DNA from: an uncultured Planctomycetales bacterium
GTDB taxonomy: Bacteria > Planctomycetota > UBA1135 > CAZZHK01
Length of the DNA: 64,000 nt
Assembly: GCA_964653725.1 (NCBI GenBank)
Contig: CAZZHK010000007.1
Coordinates: 35,629 to 99,628, forward strand
Direction of reading: 5' to 3'
Part shown: in pieces, positions 58,886 through 64,000 of the stretch
How the letters are laid out: every line of letters starts with the position of its first letter
How positions within the stretch are numbered: position 1 is the first letter of the stretch
Position numbers and translations under genes: made by a program
The notes under the pieces: generated by a model
Database searches by the model: none
What the model was told of the DNA's origin: nothing
What the model saw: the letters and a program-made list of their open reading frames with translations, nothing else

Positions 58886-59367
58886 ACGCCAACGGCCACA
58901 CCCTCCTGGAGCATGCCGTCGCAGCAGCCGTATTCGCGGTCGTCGGCACGACCGCCGCAGGCGGATGGAAGGCGGCCCATGGATCATCCGCGGACCTGGC
59001 CCATCGCGCCCGCGCCCTGACGGAATTGCGGCTGGCCGTCGAGTTTCTGCGCAACGACACAGCCGCAGCTGCAGGGGTCGAGGTCATCCCTCCCGACGCG
59101 ATGCGCATCGTGCGTGAGCCGGCCGCCGCCGCCCTCGCCGGGATCAACAACGCTGATCCAGGCATCCTCTACTCATGGGACCTCGGCACGCTGGTGCGCC
59201 GCGACCTGGCCCTGGGCTCGCGCGACCTGGTGGCGACCGGGCTGACTCGCTTCGACACGTCGGTAAGGGGCGGCGACGGCATGATCGTCCTGGCTGCCGG
59301 CATCGGGAACGGTGAGCGCACGGTGACGCTGCGCTGGCAGCCGATCGGACCAGGAGGCCAGCCGTGA
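58882..59367 (+). CDS. Minor pseudopilin-like protein with atypical GHTLLE N-terminus
   Basis: ATGA overlap with the upstream gene. MNANGHTLLEHAVAAAVFAVVG has Glu at +5 but His at +1. Confidence 0.45.
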   Translation: MNANGHTLLEHAVAAAVFAVVGTTAAGGWKAAHGSSADLAHRARALTELRLAVEFLRNDTAAAAGVEVIPPDAMRIVREPAAAALAGINNADPGILYSWDLGTLVRRDLALGSRDLVATGLTRFDTSVRGGDGMIVLAAGIGNGERTVTLRWQPIGPGGQP

Positions 59368-59735
59368 CCGCGGACAAGGAGCGCGGCTCCGTGCTGGTCC
59401 TGGGGGCCATGCTCGGCGCCCTGCTGCTGGCCTTCTTCGCCGTCGCCTACGAGGCCACCATGGCCGCACTGCGCGCGGACGGCTTCTTCGTCCAGCGCGA
59501 CCGTCGCGCCGCCTCTGTCACACGTGGTCTGGCGCGGGGCCTGCGCACTCTCGAGACGGGCTTCCCCCCGACCGATCCCTACTCCGCCCTGGTGGTTCTG
59601 GACGACGAGGGCGTCGTGTGGCGGTGCACAGTCTCCTTTGCCGGTCAGGTTCAACAGGGCCAGTGGTTGATCAGCGCACGTCTTGCCACGGACCAGGAAA
59701 CGCAGTTCCTCCCCCCCCTGCCGCCCTCCTTCTAG
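59364..59735 (+). CDS. Small membrane-anchored protein, GspK-like position
   Basis: A GTG start overlaps the upstream stop. ERGSVLVLGAMLGALLLAFFAVAY is present. Confidence 0.4.
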   Translation: MTADKERGSVLVLGAMLGALLLAFFAVAYEATMAALRADGFFVQRDRRAASVTRGLARGLRTLETGFPPTDPYSALVVLDDEGVVWRCTVSFAGQVQQGQWLISARLATDQETQFLPPLPPSF

Positions 59736-60661
59736 GCGTCCGCCCCGTCTTGCCACCAATCGCCCTGCGCAGCTGCGGCCAGCCCGTCCGCGTAGGGACG
59801 GGGATCGAATCCGAGGTGCTGCTCGGCCATGGCGGTGCGCTGCAGATGGTCGCGCCTCCACCAGAGCACGCGGTGCCACAGGTAGTTGCGGTGCCGTGGG
59901 CCGATGCCGGTCCGCGCCTGGATCTTCGCCCAGATCCGGATCGGCAGCAGCGGCACGCGGAAGAACCTGGGCTCGGCGCCGACCGCGTGGAAGGCCGCCT
60001 CGGCAAACGCCCGGTAGCTGACCGGCGGCCCGCCGAAATAGACGGTCTTGCCCACTGCTCCTGGTTCGGTCAGGGCACGGACGGCGCACGGCGCCAGATC
60101 GTCCAGCGCGACGGGCTGCACCTGGAAGTCGGCGGCGCCCCAGGTCTTCCAGGCGCGCCCGCTGGCCGCCTGGAGCAGGAGCCGGCCCGTGTTCTTGTGG
60201 TCCCCGGTCCCGTAAATGAAGTCCGGCCTCAGCACCACCCAGTCGAGCCGCGAATTGCGGACGATCGCCTCCGCCTCCGCCTTGCTGTTGCGATAGAAGC
60301 CCCGCGTGCCGATGTCGCCGACCGCTCCCGAGGACACGAAAACGAAGCGGGGAGAGCCCGAGTGCTCCGCTGCGGTGAGCAGCCGCGTGGTCCCGCCCAC
60401 GTTCACTTCCTGCAGCAAATCGGGGTTGTTTTCGTCGGTGGAGCCAGCCGCATGGAACACGCATGCCACGCCCTCCATCGCCGTGGCCAGATCGCCCTTC
60501 TTCTCCAAATCGCCTGTGACGGCCCCGGAGCGGAGTTCTTCGGGTAGTGCCTCCGCCCGCCCGTCCCTTACCAGGCAACGAACTTCATGGCCCTTCGAAG
60601 CCGCTTCCAGGGCCACGCGACTGCCGAGGAAGCCCGTAGCACCGGTGACCAGGACACGCAT
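59732..60661 (-). CDS. NAD(P)-dependent epimerase/dehydratase-type SDR
   Basis: MRVLVTGATGFLGSRV and YRNSK (the YxxxK motif) are present. Confidence 0.85.
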   Translation of the reverse strand: MRVLVTGATGFLGSRVALEAASKGHEVRCLVRDGRAEALPEELRSGAVTGDLEKKGDLATAMEGVACVFHAAGSTDENNPDLLQEVNVGGTTRLLTAAEHSGSPRFVFVSSGAVGDIGTRGFYRNSKAEAEAIVRNSRLDWVVLRPDFIYGTGDHKNTGRLLLQAASGRAWKTWGAADFQVQPVALDDLAPCAVRALTEPGAVGKTVYFGGPPVSYRAFAEAAFHAVGAEPRFFRVPLLPIRIWAKIQARTGIGPRHRNYLWHRVLWWRRDHLQRTAMAEQHLGFDPRPYADGLAAAAQGDWWQDGADA

Positions 60662-60711
60662 ATCGGCAGAGTAGCCCCACAGGGAGCCCTTTTCGTCCTA
60701 AGGTTTCCTTC

Positions 60712-62259
60712 GTGAAGGTGCAACTGCTGACGCCCCTCCTCCAGAAGAGTGCCTGGGAGGACGACATCAACACCAAGTGGCCGCCGCTGGGACTGCTCTA
60801 CATTGCGTCATCCCTGGAGGCCCAGGGCCACCAGTGCAATCTGATCGAGCGGCGCCGCATCATCCACGACCGCCCGCGCACCGAGGAGAACCTGGCGGAG
60901 GTGGACGAGGTGATGATGAAGGAGATCCTCGCCTTCCGGCCGGACGTGATCGCCGTCACCTCCATGACCTTCCATATCATGGACGCCTACCGGGCCTGCG
61001 AACGCATCAAGCGTGACCTGCCGGACTGCGAGATCATCATCGGCGGGTCCCATCCGACCGCCATGCCCGAGCGCACCCTGGATGAATGCCCCGCGATCGA
61101 CGTCGTGGCCAAGGGGGAGGGCGAGGAGCTGATGCTGCAGTTCTGCGACGGAGAGACCCCGCGCGAGGAGATCCAGGGGCTCTACCTGCGAAACGGCGGC
61201 CCCGGCGGGGTCACGTTCACCGGGATCCGGCCGACCGTTGACGATGTCACGGCCGTCCCCTGGCCGGCGCTCCATCTGGTGGACAGGGACTTCTACTTTG
61301 AGCGGTCGAGCCAGCTGTTCCGCGGGTTCTACCTGCGCGGCACGACGATGTTCACGTCGCGCGGATGCCCCTTCCGCTGCGCCTTCTGCCAGGCCCCCCA
61401 GATCGCCGACTCCAACGAGGGCAAGTTCGTGCGCAGCCGCGACGCAGCCGACGTGGTGGCCGAGGTCAACCACCTGATCGACGAATACCAGGTCGAGGGC
61501 ATCTACTTCAGCGACGACGTCTTCACTGTGCACCGCTCGCGGGTCGAGGAGGTCTGCAACGCCTTCATCGAGTCGGGCATCAGCGAGAAGATCGTCTGGT
61601 GCTGCAACGTCCGGGTGGACCTGGTGGACCAGGATCTGCTGGACCTCATGAAGCGCGCGGGCTGCGTGAAGATGCTGTTCGGCATCGAGTCCGGCTCCGA
61701 CATCAGCCTGCGCCGGCTGAACAAGGGCGGCCAGGCCAGCGCGGCCAAGAACGTCGAGACGATCAAGAAATGCGAAGCGGCCGGCATCGGCTGCGAGACG
61801 GGCATCATCCTCGGTCTTCCCGATGACACCGAGGAGGACATCCTCGCCACCATGGCGATGCTGAAGGAGTGCAGGCCCAGCCGCATCAACCGCGGCAAGC
61901 TCTATCCCATCCCAGGGACCCAGTTCTACACGGAGCTTTTCGCTGAAGGCCGCATCGATCCCGACATCCCCTGGGACCGGATCCAGGACGCCTACACTCG
62001 GGCCGATTTCACCTTCGCCGCCATGACGCCGCGCGACTTCCGAAAGCTCGAGGCCAAGTTCGACCGCGAGCTGACCCTGCCCACCAACTACATGTTCATG
62101 GTCCGCTCGAACTGGCGGCACCATCCCACGGTGGCGATCCGGCAGTTCCTGCTGATGGTCGGCCACTGCACCACGCTCCGGCTGCCGCTCTCCTTCCAGG
62201 ATTGGACGCGGCGATTCCTGGAGCGCTTCCGCGTCAAGAGCCGCTTCGTCTTCGAGTAG
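60712..62259 (+). CDS. B12-binding-domain radical SAM enzyme (class B)
   Basis: GTG start. The N-terminal cobalamin-binding-like domain carries PPLGLLYIASSLEAQGH. The radical SAM motif CPFRCAFC fits CxxxCxxC. Confidence 0.9.
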   Translation: MKVQLLTPLLQKSAWEDDINTKWPPLGLLYIASSLEAQGHQCNLIERRRIIHDRPRTEENLAEVDEVMMKEILAFRPDVIAVTSMTFHIMDAYRACERIKRDLPDCEIIIGGSHPTAMPERTLDECPAIDVVAKGEGEELMLQFCDGETPREEIQGLYLRNGGPGGVTFTGIRPTVDDVTAVPWPALHLVDRDFYFERSSQLFRGFYLRGTTMFTSRGCPFRCAFCQAPQIADSNEGKFVRSRDAADVVAEVNHLIDEYQVEGIYFSDDVFTVHRSRVEEVCNAFIESGISEKIVWCCNVRVDLVDQDLLDLMKRAGCVKMLFGIESGSDISLRRLNKGGQASAAKNVETIKKCEAAGIGCETGIILGLPDDTEEDILATMAMLKECRPSRINRGKLYPIPGTQFYTELFAEGRIDPDIPWDRIQDAYTRADFTFAAMTPRDFRKLEAKFDRELTLPTNYMFMVRSNWRHHPTVAIRQFLLMVGHCTTLRLPLSFQDWTRRFLERFRVKSRFVFE

Positions 62260-62275
62260 CCGCAGGCAAGGCGGA

Positions 62276-63427
62276 TCAGGAGACGCCGGCGATCTCCCTG
62301 AACAGGTCCTCGGTGCGCGCGAAGATCGTGGAGCGCGCGAAGCCCTGGACCTTTTGGCGTGATGCCTCCGCCAACTCCTGCGCGTGCTCCCTGTTCCCGG
62401 TCAGATCTCGGATCGCGTCCACGATCGCGGGCACGTCCTGGAAGTCGTAGGTGCGGCCGGTCACCCCGTCCTCGATCAGTTCCGGGTTGCCGCACACGCC
62501 GCTGACCGCCGCCGGCGTGCCGAGCCACATCACCTCGAGCAGCGTATGGCTGAGCCCCTCGTAGCGGCTGTTCAAGAGAAACAGGTCGCTGGCACGGATC
62601 CAGGCGGGGATGTCCGCGTAGGGAACGTTGCCGAGGAAATGGACGCGATCGCCCAGCCCCATGCCCTCCGCCAGTTGGGTCCAGGCCTGCTCCTCGGTCC
62701 CGTCTCCGGCCACATACAGGTGGTGGTCCGCGCCGAAATCGTCCAGCGCCCGGATCAGGCCGTCCACCCCCTTCCAGACCATCAGTCGCGCGATGCACAG
62801 GAGCACGACCCGGTCGCCCGGCAGATCAAGCCGCCGGCGCGCCGCCGCCCGGTCCAGATCGACCTTCAGCGGACCGTGGTAGGCGTTGTGGATCAGCCGG
62901 ACCTTTTCCGGCTCGACCCCGTAGTGCTCGACGATGTCCTTCAGGAACTGGCTGGGCGCGATAATTGCGCCCATCCAGTCCCACCACTTGCGCTGCAGAC
63001 GCCTGGCCCAGGCCACCCTCCACCCGTAGTCCCGGTGCACATAATCACCAATCGCGTCGTCGTGCAGCCCCATCCGGTGGCTGATCTCCCACGTGCCGTC
63101 CACGCAAACCCGGATCACCATCCGCCGGCCGCGCAGCCGGCCAGCCAGGGCCACCAGGTACGCCAGATGCTCGTTGATGTAGAGCAGGTCGCAGTCACGG
63201 GCGTGCCTGAGGACCGCCATGAACGACTTCAGGTAGCGGACCGGCATCCAAGCCCGCGGGACGCTCACTACCTCGAACGGCCACCCCTGCGGATCGGGAT
63301 CGGAACAGAACGCCACCACCTTGACCTCGTGGCCCTGTTCGACCAGATAGGTCGCGATGCTGGGCACGTAGGTGGCCGGTCCGCCCAGGTCGGGCGGAAA
63401 GATGGGGCTCGTGATGACGATCTTCAC
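62276..63427 (-). CDS. Family 4 (GT-B) glycosyltransferase
   Basis: Start taken as the GTG at 63427 (VKIVITSPIFPPDLGGPATYV). The C-terminal E-x7-E region is EGLSHTLLEVMWLGTPAAVSGVCGNPELIEDGVTG. The upstream R-rich extension of ORF 62276..63583 was rejected. Confidence 0.85.
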   Translation of the reverse strand: MKIVITSPIFPPDLGGPATYVPSIATYLVEQGHEVKVVAFCSDPDPQGWPFEVVSVPRAWMPVRYLKSFMAVLRHARDCDLLYINEHLAYLVALAGRLRGRRMVIRVCVDGTWEISHRMGLHDDAIGDYVHRDYGWRVAWARRLQRKWWDWMGAIIAPSQFLKDIVEHYGVEPEKVRLIHNAYHGPLKVDLDRAAARRRLDLPGDRVVLLCIARLMVWKGVDGLIRALDDFGADHHLYVAGDGTEEQAWTQLAEGMGLGDRVHFLGNVPYADIPAWIRASDLFLLNSRYEGLSHTLLEVMWLGTPAAVSGVCGNPELIEDGVTGRTYDFQDVPAIVDAIRDLTGNREHAQELAEASRQKVQGFARSTIFARTEDLFREIAGVS

Positions 63428-63446
63428 GGTGAGGGCGGGGCGCAGA

Positions 63447-64000
63447 CTAGTGGGGCCGCGCCCGGCGCTCCAGCCGCCGGACCGTCTTGGCATCAAAGGG
63501 CCCCGGGTCCAAGTCCGGCGACGCCAGTGTTCCCGATGCCTTGGCGCCCACCCGCGGCCCCGGACCGACCCTGAGCCCTGCATCCATCAGCGAGACGCGG
63601 ACCGCCGCCGACGCCGTGTAGGTAGACAGCCAGGAGCCCGGCGCCATCCGCACCGCGATGCCCTGCAGGAACGCGTCCGTCCAAAGAGATCCGTCGACCC
63701 CCGGCGAGAAGGGGTCGAGAAACACCGCGTCGTAGGCCTTCTTGCAGGGCTCCGCCGCCAGCGTCTCGCGGGCGTCGCCGATGAGCACCCGCAGGCGGCC
63801 CAGACGTCCCGGGAAGAGCACCCCGGCTCCGCGCGCCAGCTGCTGGTCCGCCAACGCACGCTCCAGGGCGATGCACACGGGCCGGTGCCATTTCAGGAAG
63901 CCGTCCGGCGCCGTCTCGGTCACTGCAGTTCCGGCCGGATCGCCAAGGAGCCCGATCGTCCGTTCAATGACGCCAGGGTCGATCTCCAGGGATACGGCGT
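63447..64000 (-). CDS. MnmC-type (DUF752-like) SAM-dependent methyltransferase domain protein; 5' end lies beyond the window
   Basis: DAVFLDPFSPGVDGSLWT is present. My own translation shows the frame stays open upstream of the listed GTG as far as position 64000 (...AVSLEIDPGVIERTIGLLGDPAGTA-VTETAP...). Confidence 0.65.
   Translation of the reverse strand, partial: AVSLEIDPGVIERTIGLLGDPAGTAVTETAPDGFLKWHRPVCIALERALADQQLARGAGVLFPGRLGRLRVLIGDARETLAAEPCKKAYDAVFLDPFSPGVDGSLWTDAFLQGIAVRMAPGSWLSTYTASAAVRVSLMDAGLRVGPGPRVGAKASGTLASPDLDPGPFDAKTVRRLERRARPH

Overview
This is a high-GC bacterial chromosomal window, roughly 70% GC by eye, with most genes packed into tightly overlapping operons. The gene content suggests a PVC-type or Planctomycetota-like organism: a MoxR-DUF58-BatA/VWA operon, a Tat-exported prenyltransferase-like toroid protein, a DUF1570-like protein, PQQ propellers, and FG-GAP and HAF repeat proteins. 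That lineage call is inference only.

Layout:
- 1-6.6 kb (minus strand): a translationally coupled biosynthetic operon. It runs pssA, folK, panC, ispE, a DUF2520 gene, a fused aroD-aroE-aroK gene, and a HEAT-repeat gene.
- 6.6-9.7 kb: eno, an ftsB-like gene, and ahcY.
- 9.7-26.5 kb: a nine-gene MoxR/DUF58/VWA (Bat-like) envelope operon. It also encodes a 1389-aa double beta-propeller protein, a Tat-exported alpha/alpha-toroid protein, and a DUF4175-like module split over three ORFs.
- 26.4-40.5 kb: mixed housekeeping and accessory genes. These are a DMT transporter, a minimal SET-domain protein, Lrp, cutC, a FIST protein, an aldehyde dehydrogenase (ALDH), an orphan 1149-aa membrane-anchored protein, a Rieske oxygenase, and a DUF4212 plus sodium:solute symporter pair.
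- 40.5-47.9 kb: a compositionally mosaic, integrase-less accessory segment next to tRNA-Arg(CCT), bounded by two interleaved att-like direct-repeat pairs.
- 47.9-59.7 kb: a divergent T2SS/T4P-like secretion or pilus cluster.
- 59.7-64 kb: an SDR, a B12 radical SAM enzyme, a GT4 glycosyltransferase, and a partial MnmC-like gene.

I found no CRISPR array, rRNA, intact transposase or integrase, and no recognisable defence system. The most interesting items are the extended Bat-like operon and the fossil integration site.

All family assignments come from reading motifs in the supplied translations. No database search was run.
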